Positions 1-10,126 of a stretch of DNA of 47,903 nucleotides are shown here, in pieces; position 1 is the stretch's first letter, and the number at the start of each line of letters is the position of its first letter. The notes below the pieces were generated by a model. The model saw nothing but the letters and a program-made list of their open reading frames with translations. It was not told the DNA's origin and did no database searches. Source of the stretch: Meyerozyma guilliermondii (taxonomy: Eukaryota); the NCBI GenBank assembly GCA_051546255.1, contig CP128817.1, positions 1,674,001 through 1,721,903 of the forward strand, in the 5' to 3' direction. The translations under genes and the position numbers were made by a program.

Positions 1-1
1 A

Positions 2-1300
2 GTACAAAAGTTCAAAACAGATTTTGTTGCATTATTGGAATCTTACAGAAACGACGACAAAATCAATACAAACACGCGCTGGATCTCCATTAAGCGAAAA
101 TTAATAGATGAAGAAAACCCCATCTTCACCCACACGGTGCTTTCCGATGCTGAAATTTCTAATATTTACTACGAATTTATCAATGAAACTCGCCACGCTG
201 AGCAAGAAGAGGTACAAAAGAAGAAGAAACAAGCGCTAGACGAACTAGAGTCCTATTTGACCAAGGTAAATACCAATCTTGTCACCTCAAGCAAAGACTG
301 GAACCAATTGTACGACCGTCTTCAAAACGACTCCAGATTTCAAGCCAACAAGCATTTCAAAGATTTGGACAAACTCGATATCCTTGACCTTTACATGTCC
401 AAGATATTTCCTATTACTGTGCAGAAGCTCCGTGACGAGCTTCAAACCGTGGAAAAGGCTAACCATCGCCAGGATCGAAAGGCACGTTCAAATTTCAAAA
501 AGTTTTTGAGCCTGCTCAAGATCACAGCCTCAACTCTATTCAAGGACATGGTACCTATTTTTGAGGAGAATGACGCATATATAGAGCTTTGTGGTCGAAA
601 GGGATCACTGCCATTGGAGCTTTTCTGGGATGTGGTCGATGAGGCATACCAGGCAATTAAATTCCGAAAAGATTTAGTGGAAGGCTACTTTCTCGATATG
701 AGACGTCATGATCCGGTCACCTATGATTATCAGAACCTTCTTCAGTCATTTGGTCACTTTACTGAAGTCATACGCAACTCTAATGACGACCGATTATCTA
801 CCATCAAGCTGCTTCCACAAGAAGAATTGCAAACCGTTTATTCCGCAATTAAACAAGACCACGAAAAATTACAAGAAAGCTTGAAAAAGGCCAACGAAGA
901 GAAGATTCTAGTGCAAGCTGGCGTTTTGGCTAGATGGTTGAGCGAGCATTACACTCAACTTGATTATATCAATGTCAGCGACGAAGAAAATGAAGCAGCA
1001 ATCAGAATCAGTTCCAAACTAAACCTCATCAGCGCTGATTACGAAGCACTCAAGGGCCAATTGTCGTCTGTGGAAGAGTTTGAAATACTACAACAGTTAT
1101 GTCAGAGCTCAGAAGACACTCAACAATCATTATCAGTTGCGCTAGAAAAAGCTGTAACGGAACTCATCAAACTTCTTCAAGAAAAGTCATTTTTCAAAGA
1201 AACCACATCACGAAAACGTGAAAATTCCAACACGCATGATCTGGAACCAAAACGTCCTAAACCCACTCCCAAAGTTAATCCAGTCGTTATCAACTACTGA
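2..1300 (+). CDS. PRP40: U1 snRNP splicing factor Prp40, 3' part (FF-domain region); 5' end lies outside the window
   Basis: The frame is open from base 2 to TGA at 1298-1300. FF-repeat-like segments (TRWISIKRKL, DWNQLYDRLQNDSRF, RQDRKARSNFKKFL, ELCGRKGSxPLELFWDVVDE) are typical of fungal Prp40. Confidence 0.85.
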   Translation, partial: VQKFKTDFVALLESYRNDDKINTNTRWISIKRKLIDEENPIFTHTVLSDAEISNIYYEFINETRHAEQEEVQKKKKQALDELESYLTKVNTNLVTSSKDWNQLYDRLQNDSRFQANKHFKDLDKLDILDLYMSKIFPITVQKLRDELQTVEKANHRQDRKARSNFKKFLSLLKITASTLFKDMVPIFEENDAYIELCGRKGSLPLELFWDVVDEAYQAIKFRKDLVEGYFLDMRRHDPVTYDYQNLLQSFGHFTEVIRNSNDDRLSTIKLLPQEELQTVYSAIKQDHEKLQESLKKANEEKILVQAGVLARWLSEHYTQLDYINVSDEENEAAIRISSKLNLISADYEALKGQLSSVEEFEILQQLCQSSEDTQQSLSVALEKAVTELIKLLQEKSFFKETTSRKRENSNTHDLEPKRPKPTPKVNPVVINY

Positions 1301-1374
1301 CCCCATTACTCCTATATAGTTCCTGTATACAGCGTCTAGTTATGAAGCTCCAAATCTCACCAACTCCAACAAGG

Positions 1375-1936
1375 ATGGTAAGTACCAGCTGGTTCCAATC
1401 GACGAATACGCAAGCTAACGCAGTCGCAATCATTGAAGCCATATCTCACAGCTGTGCGCTCCTCGCTCACGGCAGCAATGTGTTTGGAAGACTTTTCCTC
1501 GCAATTGGTTGAAAGACATAATCGGCCCGAAATCGAGGTTGATAACACCCACAATCCGGAATTGGTGTTAAATCCAATGGTGATAGCCAGAAACGAGAAC
1601 GAGAAGATTCTCATCGAACCATCGGTCAATTCGGTTAGAGTTTCTATTAAAATAAAGCAAGCTGATGAAATCGAACAAATCTTGGTACACCAGTTTACCA
1701 GATTTTTGACGTCAAGAGCAGAGAATTTTTTCATATTACGGAGAGTTCCCATTGCGGGCTACGATATCTCGTTCTTGATCACCAACTTCCACACAGAACA
1801 GATGTTGAAGGACAAATTGGTGGACTTCATTATAGAGTTCATGGAGGAGGTGGACAAGGAAATCAGTGAAATGAAGTTGTTTTTGAACGCTCGAGCCCGT
1901 GTGATCGCCGAGGCTTACTTGACTCCCTTCGACTAG
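1375..1936 (+). CDS. ARC19: Arp2/3 complex subunit 4 (p20); exon 1 = ATG 1375-1377, exon 2 = 1424-1936
   Basis: The spliced product [22 protein letters not shown]...[15 protein letters not shown]...[21 protein letters not shown] matches the ARPC4 family. Splice signals are GTAAGT, GCTAAC and CAG. Confidence 0.95.
1378..1423 (+). other. 46-nt spliceosomal intron of ARC19
   Basis: GTAAGT directly after the ATG, branch site AGCTAAC (1413-1419) and CAG at 1421-1423. Removal restores the conserved N-terminus in frame. Confidence 0.9.
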
Positions 1937-1992
1937 GTTTTAACGTCTACAATAAAAGTATATTATGTAACAGTCGTTGTCTCGTTTGTAGA

Positions 1993-4569
1993 TTAGCCAA
2001 CTTCGCTCCCTTCTCTGGTCTCTATGTGATTCAGAAGACCCGAAGGAGTGTATTGTGTTTCTGGGGACTTGATTATATTTTCCTGCTTCGGTCCTCGGTA
2101 ATTTGTTTTGATGGGGGAATGGCCCCCAGAGCCATCTGAGTTGATCCTGGTAGCAGATTTAGTAAAGTCTTTGGGTGAAAGGCTCTGCGAAGATTGAGGC
2201 GAGTTAACCACATACAGCCCACCACGAGAGGCAGACTCTTGACTCTGGTTCATTGGATATGGTTGAGAATTACCCTGAGAAAAAGATGACAACGACTCGG
2301 AATCCGTATTGACGTTACTATTGTTGAACGACGGTTGCTTATCACCCACAATAGGTACCACCATTGGAAGATCGGCATTGTCGGTCAATAAACCTGGAAC
2401 ATGTTGCAAAACCAAATCCAAGTGCTGAAGAGCATCTGATGCCTGCTCAAAACTCTTTGATGAGATCTTCAAAATCCATCGATAATTGAAAATCAGGTCG
2501 CGATAGAAGTCTGCCTCTTCTTGCCCCGAGCTAGACATGAAAAGTAAGGCTGCAAATATTCCGATTAATGTCAAGCTCAGTGCCGATGAAGAGTGCCAAA
2601 ACGAATGTATATGCTCTGGTTTTAAGTCTCTGACAAACTCGATCGATGCCATCAACCTAGTACGAGCGGCAGTTCGACAAACTTGTACCAACTCAGGCGA
2701 TGCAGGGTTTCCTTCGGATTCTTGCTGGTAAATTATGGTGAGAATTTTCCTATGCAACGTCAATTCTGCGGCAAAGTAGGCAAGCTGCAAATATCCATTG
2801 GACGAAAGTTTCCTTGGTTGTACAGTGTTCATTTGAAGTTCATTAGGTAGTGAATGGTACCAGTTTCGAAGTTGAAGTTGAAGTGGCTTGGCTCTCAGAA
2901 GCACCTGGGTGACTTCTTTTATCTCTTGCATGGCAGTCATACAGTAAAATTCATCAAGAATTTGAGAAAGAATCTGCGAGAGGTTTATGAGGGACATGAA
3001 GATCTTTTTCCCGTTATCGATATCGGAGGAGCCTTCTTTCAAGTCTCCATCGCCATGTTTTTCTGGAAAATCCTCTTCGATCAAAGGAACCACTACCCAA
3101 TTATGGGGATGGATATGCGACGGCCGTGAGTGTTTCAATGAAAGCCATTTATCTTCCATGTATACGGCCCATGCCAACCGCTTCCGAAGACCTCTCTCCC
3201 ACTTTGGCAACTTCCAGTTATTACAGTTGAGCCCAAGACCCAACTCCTCAGCTATAGCTACCACCTGACAGCAAAGTACCCACTCATTGCAGCCGGTATC
3301 GCCGATGGTGCCAAACGCTTTATTGGGCTCTTCGCCGGGTCTCAGCACAACATGGCGGCATTGTAGAAGCAAAAGACCCGCCTGGACCGCACTCAACTTC
3401 GGACGCTTCAAGATCTCAAAGAGATAGTTACTCATTCCAATTTTCAAGATGGTGTCGGTGCTTGGCTTAGGGAACAGATTAAGCAGAGGGTCATAGTCCC
3501 ACCACTGGATTGCGAGAACATAAACGGCCGCTAGGAGCGGAGCACTGAACTCTCGATGGGTTCGTGAGTATTTTTCCAAGAACACTTTTTTGTGGAGAAT
3601 GGGGTACGAAGGATGAATAATCCGGAAATAGAGGTCTATCAAGATCTGCCCATGGGGTGCAACAAACTTTTCTATTGTGTCGACATCGTTTGACATTGTT
3701 TGGTACGATTGGGGAGACTGGTCATCACGAAGAACAAATTGGGCCTTTTCGCTCACTTTTCGAAGCGACATAGTGTCGCTCAAGTTAATTTGTTCCACTT
3801 TGGCGGATTTGGAATTGTCCTTGTTTTGCGACCCAATGATAAGATTGAGGAGATTAGTATCGAACATGAACGATGTAGGTCCCACGTAGAAACTCGAGCG
3901 AGGAAATTGTAACGAGAGGGTTTTCTTCAAGAGAGAATTATTGATGCGAGAGTAGTCGTGGACGGGAGCGGTTTCACGGATTGGAACGTTGGGAGGGACG
4001 ATTTCTGCCAGTCCACCGGAGTGTGGAGATACCACCGACAGTTTGTTCTTTCTCGAACGTTTACGGGCTTCTTCTTCTTCGTTTAGTTTCCTTTTGGGTG
4101 CCAGTCCGATAAACGTACATGGGATGGACTTGGCTTCACATTGCACGCAAACAGAAGTATTGGGCACGATGACACACTTTGTTTTCTTCTTGCGGCAGTG
4201 GTCACACGGACGTCGAGGGCGGGTTATGTGGCTGTTATCATGAAGGTTGGTGTTTAAATGTGTGGAGATTGTTGGGTTTTGTGTGTTGTGTGGGTTGTGT
4301 GGGTTTTGGTTATACGTTTCGTTTCGTGGGTCTCCGGTTTCCGTATAATTGACGTTGTACATGTCGTTGGGACCCATAAACATGGTCTGTGCCCATGTAG
4401 AGTCGATGTATGACGGAGGTGTGTTGACAAAGTTTTCGTCATTTTCAAGAAGAGTATCGTTCTGGATGGTATTTATATGTTCGTGGTCATGATTCCCGAG
4501 TCGGGGATCGAGAGAGGGCTCCATTTCACTTTTGTGGAAGCGTTCTCCGGGTTTTTTATCGCCGTTCAT
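1993..4569 (-). CDS. DAL81: Zn(II)2Cys6 transcription factor, Dal81/TamA type (nitrogen catabolism co-activator)
   Basis: Binuclear cluster CDHCRKKKTKC...CVQCEAKSIPC plus a fungal TF middle-homology region (LYFRIIHPSYPILHK, ERGLRKRLAWAVYMEDKW). The KKTLSLQFPRSSFYVGPTS block is recalled from Dal81 orthologues. Confidence 0.8.
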   Translation of the reverse strand: MNGDKKPGERFHKSEMEPSLDPRLGNHDHEHINTIQNDTLLENDENFVNTPPSYIDSTWAQTMFMGPNDMYNVNYTETGDPRNETYNQNPHNPHNTQNPTISTHLNTNLHDNSHITRPRRPCDHCRKKKTKCVIVPNTSVCVQCEAKSIPCTFIGLAPKRKLNEEEEARKRSRKNKLSVVSPHSGGLAEIVPPNVPIRETAPVHDYSRINNSLLKKTLSLQFPRSSFYVGPTSFMFDTNLLNLIIGSQNKDNSKSAKVEQINLSDTMSLRKVSEKAQFVLRDDQSPQSYQTMSNDVDTIEKFVAPHGQILIDLYFRIIHPSYPILHKKVFLEKYSRTHREFSAPLLAAVYVLAIQWWDYDPLLNLFPKPSTDTILKIGMSNYLFEILKRPKLSAVQAGLLLLQCRHVVLRPGEEPNKAFGTIGDTGCNEWVLCCQVVAIAEELGLGLNCNNWKLPKWERGLRKRLAWAVYMEDKWLSLKHSRPSHIHPHNWVVVPLIEEDFPEKHGDGDLKEGSSDIDNGKKIFMSLINLSQILSQILDEFYCMTAMQEIKEVTQVLLRAKPLQLQLRNWYHSLPNELQMNTVQPRKLSSNGYLQLAYFAAELTLHRKILTIIYQQESEGNPASPELVQVCRTAARTRLMASIEFVRDLKPEHIHSFWHSSSALSLTLIGIFAALLFMSSSGQEEADFYRDLIFNYRWILKISSKSFEQASDALQHLDLVLQHVPGLLTDNADLPMVVPIVGDKQPSFNNSNVNTDSESLSSFSQGNSQPYPMNQSQESASRGGLYVVNSPQSSQSLSPKDFTKSATRINSDGSGGHSPIKTNYRGPKQENIIKSPETQYTPSGLLNHIETREGSEVG

Positions 4570-4867
4570 ATCGTAACTCCTTGATGTTTTATCTCATCGA
4601 TGGGGAAAGATGGTGATTTGCAAGTTGTAGGAGATACTGTGGGATGTATACAGTGTGTGGATACTCCAAGGTGGGCCAGAATACAATTATAGTGGAGCAA
4701 ACGGTGATATCTGACTACGTCGGTACTGGATGTGAGGAGTGCGATAAATTGTGCCGCTTGTCGATTTCCGCACCCATCGCACCGGGGAAAGTTGTAGATA
4801 CTATATAGTCGAGATTCCGCCGAAACGAAAGATAAAGTTGCAATATGATTACGGCGACCATGACACG

Positions 4868-5418
4868 ATGACGCTCGCGCTGAAGGTACGCCGAATGGAC
4901 GAAAACATGAAGGCAAAGGCACCAAAAATTGTTGGCGATGACCTTGCTGATATTGATGAACCAGCCGATAAGGCTCACCTTATTCTTTCTTTCTTTGACA
5001 CTCTCGATCTCATAGACCAATTCGAGGACCTGGATGATCCCATAAAGCTGTTGCACATGTTTCGGCTTTTTCTTTATTCGGTGTATCATGGACAGCATAC
5101 CAACTATACCAAAAACTCTCGCCAGTTTTTTGCGCTTTTCAAAAAACTTTCCAATATTCAAGAACAAAACCATAACTTTGAGTCCAAGTTCGTGGGCGAA
5201 AACAACATGGAGCCAGAACAAGCGGTGAACTCGACTCGCAAAGTGACTCTGTTTCCAATTCCATCAATCGTGCGAAAGCGGCTCGGGTTGGAGTAAGACA
5301 AGCCAGGCGAGAGTTGAAGATTAGTCTGACAATTATCGATACCATTAGCATCGAAACGAAGAGATCAAAGTCAGATGCTCTTTTTGATGAGCTATTGCTT
5401 CTTGATCAGCTTTCTTAA
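4868..5418 (+). CDS. Orphan protein; ends at 5296 unspliced or at 5418 if a putative 56-nt intron (5293-5348) is removed
   Basis: First in-frame ATG at 4868; the ORF fills the gap between DAL81 and SWF1; protein-like composition; no family recognised. Confidence 0.55.
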
Positions 5419-6503
5419 GTGTCTTCGAGTAGAAGCCGCTGCTTCAAATTGTTCCAGAATCCCGAATCGTACACATTTACCAAGTCTCGTTCCATGGATG
5501 TCACTGGTTGTCGTGATACCTTGTCTGAATCTTTGAACAAGATCTTTGCATCGTCGAGACTGATATAGACGGTTTCATAGGCATCATTCGAAAGAACCAC
5601 CGCTTGTTCCACATACGGCTGGTCAAAGTTTTCGCATTTATAAAGAGCCCCCAAACCTATTAAATGCTCGATTTCGGCCCATTTCTCGTATTCGTTAGTG
5701 GTGACTCCAAGGTAGATGTATCGGATATGAAGCGCCGTGAATGCACTGGTAATGATGGTGAATATTGTGCAAAGAATTGCAAAAATTCCGGTGATTTTCA
5801 TATCCTCCGAAGACTTTATAAGCTTCCAGTATCCTTGGTGGGCCTGTTTGTGTGCTTGGAGAGTCCAAATGTTGAGGAATCCACCGTAAATGAGAAAGTT
5901 GATGTTAGCGATGAGGTACCCCACAAACCACCGGTAATTGTAATAACCGATGCAATTGTTGACCCAGATGCAATGATGGTCAAATAGCATGATGCAGTGA
6001 CCACACACAGAGCAATGCTTTGATCTGGCTGGTTTTTCGAGCAAACAAGTGGAACAAGTTCGACCATCGAAAAAGATGAGTTGGTTGTTGGGGAACTTTT
6101 TGGCCTTGGAAACCGACTGGGTGGTAATTATACCTGGGTCGGAGAACGTGGCTAGGTATGTGAAGACATAGATCAGTATAATGGATGCTCCAATGAAAAA
6201 ATTGTGGAAGTAGCTGTTGGCAAATGGCAGTATTGGGTAGGTAGATTTGAAAAAATGAAAAATGCAAAATGTCACCACGACTATATAAAACGAAGGCACG
6301 AGCCAGCCCAAGTACTTTTCTAGTCGCCCATTGAAATACTGGTTATTTACTTGGTGGAAACCATGGCTCAAACTATGCCATGTGTGGAAAATATACGTTT
6401 TGGAACGGTGGACCAAAGTGCCTCGAAACAGAGGAGAGTCGCCAAAAATCGCTATGGTGACAAGAAGAGCCACCACTACAATCACCCCGACTGTGAGCCA
6501 CAT
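5415..6503 (-). CDS. SWF1: DHHC palmitoyltransferase Swf1
   Basis: CSTC..EKPARSKHCSVC...FDHHCIWVNNCIG DHHC-CRD, TM helices, GVTTNEYEKW and a C-terminal NVYDSGFWNNL motif. The N-terminal FGDSPxFRGT is typical of Swf1. Confidence 0.9.
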   Translation of the reverse strand: MWLTVGVIVVVALLVTIAIFGDSPLFRGTLVHRSKTYIFHTWHSLSHGFHQVNNQYFNGRLEKYLGWLVPSFYIVVVTFCIFHFFKSTYPILPFANSYFHNFFIGASIILIYVFTYLATFSDPGIITTQSVSKAKKFPNNQLIFFDGRTCSTCLLEKPARSKHCSVCGHCIMLFDHHCIWVNNCIGYYNYRWFVGYLIANINFLIYGGFLNIWTLQAHKQAHQGYWKLIKSSEDMKITGIFAILCTIFTIITSAFTALHIRYIYLGVTTNEYEKWAEIEHLIGLGALYKCENFDQPYVEQAVVLSNDAYETVYISLDDAKILFKDSDKVSRQPVTSMERDLVNVYDSGFWNNLKQRLLLEDT

Positions 6504-6625
6504 AGAACCAAAAATTGGGCGTATAGATTTAGTTGATTAGGTGGTAGGTGGTTAAGTTGGTTGGTCCTCTATATAATGCGCGCAGCTAAAAACTGGTTGT
6601 GAAATTCGGTTATCTTCATACCAGA

Positions 6626-7573
6626 ATGAACGCCGATATTGCAAGGGAAATCAATGCCATAAACCACATACTCGCTACCGTACCGTTCAGAAACACCTCG
6701 GCTCCACTCCCCTACTTTCTAGACACTTACAAGTTGCAATACGAGGATATGGTGCCCATTAATGACGCCAACAAGTTTCCTATTGAGCCGAACAAACTTC
6801 TCAAACTTGGAATCTCGCTTGGAAATCTCATCAAGACGCTCAAGTTAGACGAGGAAATGCACCAGGAACAACAGCAGCGCCAAAGTCTGTTTATTGCTAG
6901 TCTTAACAATTCGGTGTCTCGACATCCCAGCGTGAACCATTCGCTGGCTTCCATCAAAAGTCCTGTTTCTGGCTACTATGACCCCTACGACCCGTTCCAT
7001 GGTGAGCGCCCGTCTTCAACCGTCACCAATAGCGCTAATAATCAGTCTCTCCAACATGTCAAATTTGTTAAAAACTTACTTTTATTGCTCAAAAACTTTG
7101 ATATCGGCACCACCACCTCGGCAGGAACCAAGCTACACGAGCTCTCGAGCAAGGCATCTAATCTGAGTCTCAGCAAGAACTCTTCACCCATCAAACTCAA
7201 CTCACGTCAACTCTTGATCGAAAAGTTGGAGATCAATATATCTCTAGACGTGCTATTTATTTACAAAATCACCATGCAATTGGTGCTTTCTATCTACGTT
7301 ACCCTCCAGTCGCATATAGCAGGTGCCGACTTGAGTTCTTCCACCGACGACAAAAGCAGTATCATGGAGAGCTCGTCTATTTTTTCGAGCAACTCGCTCA
7401 ATTCGTCCAACGACTCGATTTTGTCTGCCGACGAATACGTCAGAATCCTCCACAATATCCTAGCAAGAATTTCAACCGGTTTAATCGAACCGTTCTTACA
7501 GCTCATGTTGCTGGAAGTGGTCAAGCCCGGCCTCCATCAGGGCTTCCAAACCCTCGTGGACAGGCTTTCTTAA
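6626..7573 (+). CDS. Hypothetical Ser-rich protein (~315 aa)
   Basis: Long ORF with ATG at 6626, divergent from SWF1, TATATAA near 6570; no family recognised. Confidence 0.75.
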   Translation: MNADIAREINAINHILATVPFRNTSAPLPYFLDTYKLQYEDMVPINDANKFPIEPNKLLKLGISLGNLIKTLKLDEEMHQEQQQRQSLFIASLNNSVSRHPSVNHSLASIKSPVSGYYDPYDPFHGERPSSTVTNSANNQSLQHVKFVKNLLLLLKNFDIGTTTSAGTKLHELSSKASNLSLSKNSSPIKLNSRQLLIEKLEINISLDVLFIYKITMQLVLSIYVTLQSHIAGADLSSSTDDKSSIMESSSIFSSNSLNSSNDSILSADEYVRILHNILARISTGLIEPFLQLMLLEVVKPGLHQGFQTLVDRLS

Positions 7574-7623
7574 CACCACTATCCATGTATTCAAATCCTG
7601 GTAACATGCTCTCTTAACGGTGG

Positions 7624-7863
7624 CTATCCATGTATCCACTGGGCCACTTGGCGCCAAATTCCGTGGGCGAATCGTCGGCCCAAAATCTTGCCAAAAAGCG
7701 GAAATATAACCAAACTCAAAAGCGCATTGATTTGCTTCAAGCTTTCTTCCCAGTGTTCTTGGGCAGTGAGTTCGTCCGAGTACGCGCTGTAGTCGGATTC
7801 CATATCGGACTCATAGTCGGTAGATTCCTCCATTGGTAAAATGGTGCTTTTGATCGCACTCAT
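7624..7863 (-). CDS. MIM2: Mitochondrial outer-membrane import protein Mim2
   Basis: Acidic N-terminus followed by TAQEHWEESLKQINALLSLVIFPLFGKILGRRFA, the Mim2 signature. Start placed at MSAIK (7863). Confidence 0.85.
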   Translation of the reverse strand: MSAIKSTILPMEESTDYESDMESDYSAYSDELTAQEHWEESLKQINALLSLVIFPLFGKILGRRFAHGIWRQVAQWIHG

Positions 7864-7928
7864 GAATATGTGAGATTGGGTGTGTGGGTGTGTTTTCCAG
7901 GAAAAATAGCCCATCTCATCGAACTTGT

Positions 7929-9569
7929 ATGCTCGTTCGGCATCGAATCTGGGGAACTTTCACACGATTTTTGCACACCAGAACCATGCTTGTAGATGGA
8001 GCCGAGTACGTAACTGTCCAGGAGGGCAAGGCGGTCATCCTTGTGCCCGAAGAAGAGAAGGTATTCTATAATCCTATTCAACAATTCAATCGAGATTTGT
8101 CGGTGATGGCCATCAAAGCCTGGAGTCAATTGTACTCGGAGAGCAAGATCGGCCAACGAGAACACAAAAAGAGAAAGTTGGACAACCCAGAGGCAAATGA
8201 GGGCAAAGAAAAGCCATTTGTTAATATTCTCGAGGCACTCTCAGCCACTGGTTTAAGAGCCCTTCGATATGGCCATGAGATACCGAATGTTCAACGAGTT
8301 GTGGCCAACGATATGCTCTCACATGCCGTAGAGGCAATAACCCGCAACACCAAGCATAACGATTTGAGTCGGATTGTGAAACCCAATCTTGGCGATGCCA
8401 TCAAGTACATGGCTGGTACCAGTGACAAATTTCATGTCATTGATCTCGATCCTTATGGCACTGCTGCTCCATTTATTGACAGCGCCTTGCAATGTGTGGT
8501 GGACGAAGGGCTTTTGCTTGTTACTTGTACCGATGCGGGAGTGTTGGCTGGTTCAGGGTACCCGGAGAAATGCTTTGCTCTCTATGGTGGTAATAATTTT
8601 GGTAACACTTTTTTGAGTAGCGAGGCCAATCATGAAGCAGGACTTAGATTGATGCTCCATATGATCGCCACCACTGCCGCAAAGTATAAGAAGACCATAG
8701 AGCCACTCCTTTGTCTTTCAATTGACTTTTACTTTCGCATTTTCATCAAGGTGAGAACCAGTCCCATCGAGGTCAAACGTTTGGCTTCACGAACCATGCT
8801 CACGTACCACTGTGGTGGGTGTGGACACAAGGTCAACCAGCCGTTGGGACGGGTGGTGGAAAATAAAAAATTTCAGATTCCTCGAGCGGTTACTCCAGGC
8901 TCAAATTGCACTTACTGTGAGTCTCATTACAATATTGCGGGGCCTATGTGGTATGGACAATTGCACAACCACGAGTTTATTGACCGAGTACTCACCATTA
9001 ATAGTGAACTGGACCCCGAAGTATATGGCACAACACAGCGAATCAAAGGTATGTTGACGTTGGCCAAAAACGAGTTATTGGATGAACCTTTCTACATCAA
9101 TCTCAACCAAATCTGCTCATTTTTCAAATCTCCTCCCATTCCCATTCAAGATTTTTGCAGAGCAGTTGGCAATTACGGTTACAATGTCTCATTGACTCAC
9201 GCCAAGAAAAATTGTGTCAAAACCAACGCCCCATGGGAAGTTGTTCTCGACATCAATCGCCAATGGCTAATCAGAAGCAATAAGAAAAGTTTACAAGAAA
9301 TCGAAGAGAAATTAAAACTGGATCCAGAAAATGAAAAGCTCGTTGCCAAGCACCAAAAGCTTAAACAGTATATAGTTCTGAGCCCCAACTTGACCGAAGG
9401 AATGGTGGGATTCAAGCTTCTCAAGAATTTGGCACCCAGCGACAAGACAGTGGATTTTGAAACCGACAACGACGTTAGTGTGCGAGTTCACGACTTGCGT
9501 AAGCTCAAGATGGTTCGGTATCAGGAAAACCCCACGAAAAATTGGGGGCCAAAAGCCAAGCCTAAATAG
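7929..9569 (+). CDS. TRM1: tRNA (guanine26-N2,N2)-dimethyltransferase
   Basis: VFYNPIQQFNRDLS, ILEALSATGLRALRY, VIDLDPYG, LLVTCTD and C-terminal RYQENPTKNWGPKAKP. In-frame ATGs at 7929 and 7986. Confidence 0.97.
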   Translation: MLVRHRIWGTFTRFLHTRTMLVDGAEYVTVQEGKAVILVPEEEKVFYNPIQQFNRDLSVMAIKAWSQLYSESKIGQREHKKRKLDNPEANEGKEKPFVNILEALSATGLRALRYGHEIPNVQRVVANDMLSHAVEAITRNTKHNDLSRIVKPNLGDAIKYMAGTSDKFHVIDLDPYGTAAPFIDSALQCVVDEGLLLVTCTDAGVLAGSGYPEKCFALYGGNNFGNTFLSSEANHEAGLRLMLHMIATTAAKYKKTIEPLLCLSIDFYFRIFIKVRTSPIEVKRLASRTMLTYHCGGCGHKVNQPLGRVVENKKFQIPRAVTPGSNCTYCESHYNIAGPMWYGQLHNHEFIDRVLTINSELDPEVYGTTQRIKGMLTLAKNELLDEPFYINLNQICSFFKSPPIPIQDFCRAVGNYGYNVSLTHAKKNCVKTNAPWEVVLDINRQWLIRSNKKSLQEIEEKLKLDPENEKLVAKHQKLKQYIVLSPNLTEGMVGFKLLKNLAPSDKTVDFETDNDVSVRVHDLRKLKMVRYQENPTKNWGPKAKPK

Positions 9570-9832
9570 CTAAAAATAACTCTTTCAAACCATAATCATG
9601 TGCGAAGTTGAAAAAAACTTTTTCAAAAATTGCGCCACGGCAACAATAGCGTTGCAGTTGCCTAACAATAGAATTTACAATGTCTACACGGGTTTGCCGA
9701 AATCGTTTGAAATATTGTATTAGTACACCATAGGCACTGCCTAATCCGAGAACTAGTAGTCAAACTAATCTCTATTATTCTATTAACCGGAGAGTTACCA
9801 TCTCAAAATGTAAAACACTAGGGGCAAACTCC

Positions 9833-10051
9833 TTAGAACAACAAGGCGACACCAGCAGCAGCGGCAGCTCCGACCAATCCAGCACCGACAGCTTGGGAAG
9901 CACCGGAACCGGAAGAAGAGGAGTGAGAACCGTTAGAGCCAGTTCCGTTACCAGCAGCACCGGTACCGTTACCGGCAGCAGCACCAGTAGCGTTCTTAGC
10001 AGACACAGCGGCGACAGCAGTCAAAGCGAGGATAACAGTTTGGAATTGCAT
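9833..10051 (-). CDS. Small secreted/GPI-type cell-surface protein (72 aa), reminiscent of the Ddr2/Hor7 stress proteins
   Basis: Signal peptide MQFQTVILALTAVAAVSA, N-glycosylation sequons in repeated AAGNGTG units, hydrophobic C-terminus AVGAGLVGAAAAAGVALLF, TATA box upstream. Confidence 0.85.
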   Translation of the reverse strand: MQFQTVILALTAVAAVSAKNATGAAAGNGTGAAGNGTGSNGSHSSSSGSGASQAVGAGLVGAAAAAGVALLF

Positions 10052-10103
10052 TATGTGATAAGTGTGTGAGAATAAAAATTTGAAATGGAACGAAATCGTG
10101 CTC

Positions 10104-10126
10104 CTTTTATACGCCACCCTGAGTCA
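10104..10126 (-). promoter_or_regulatory. TATA box (TATAAAAG) with an adjacent TGACTCA (Gcn4/AP-1-type) site, for the small GPI gene
   Basis: cttttata at 10104-10111 and tgagtca at 10120-10126, 53-75 bp upstream of the ATG. Confidence 0.55.
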
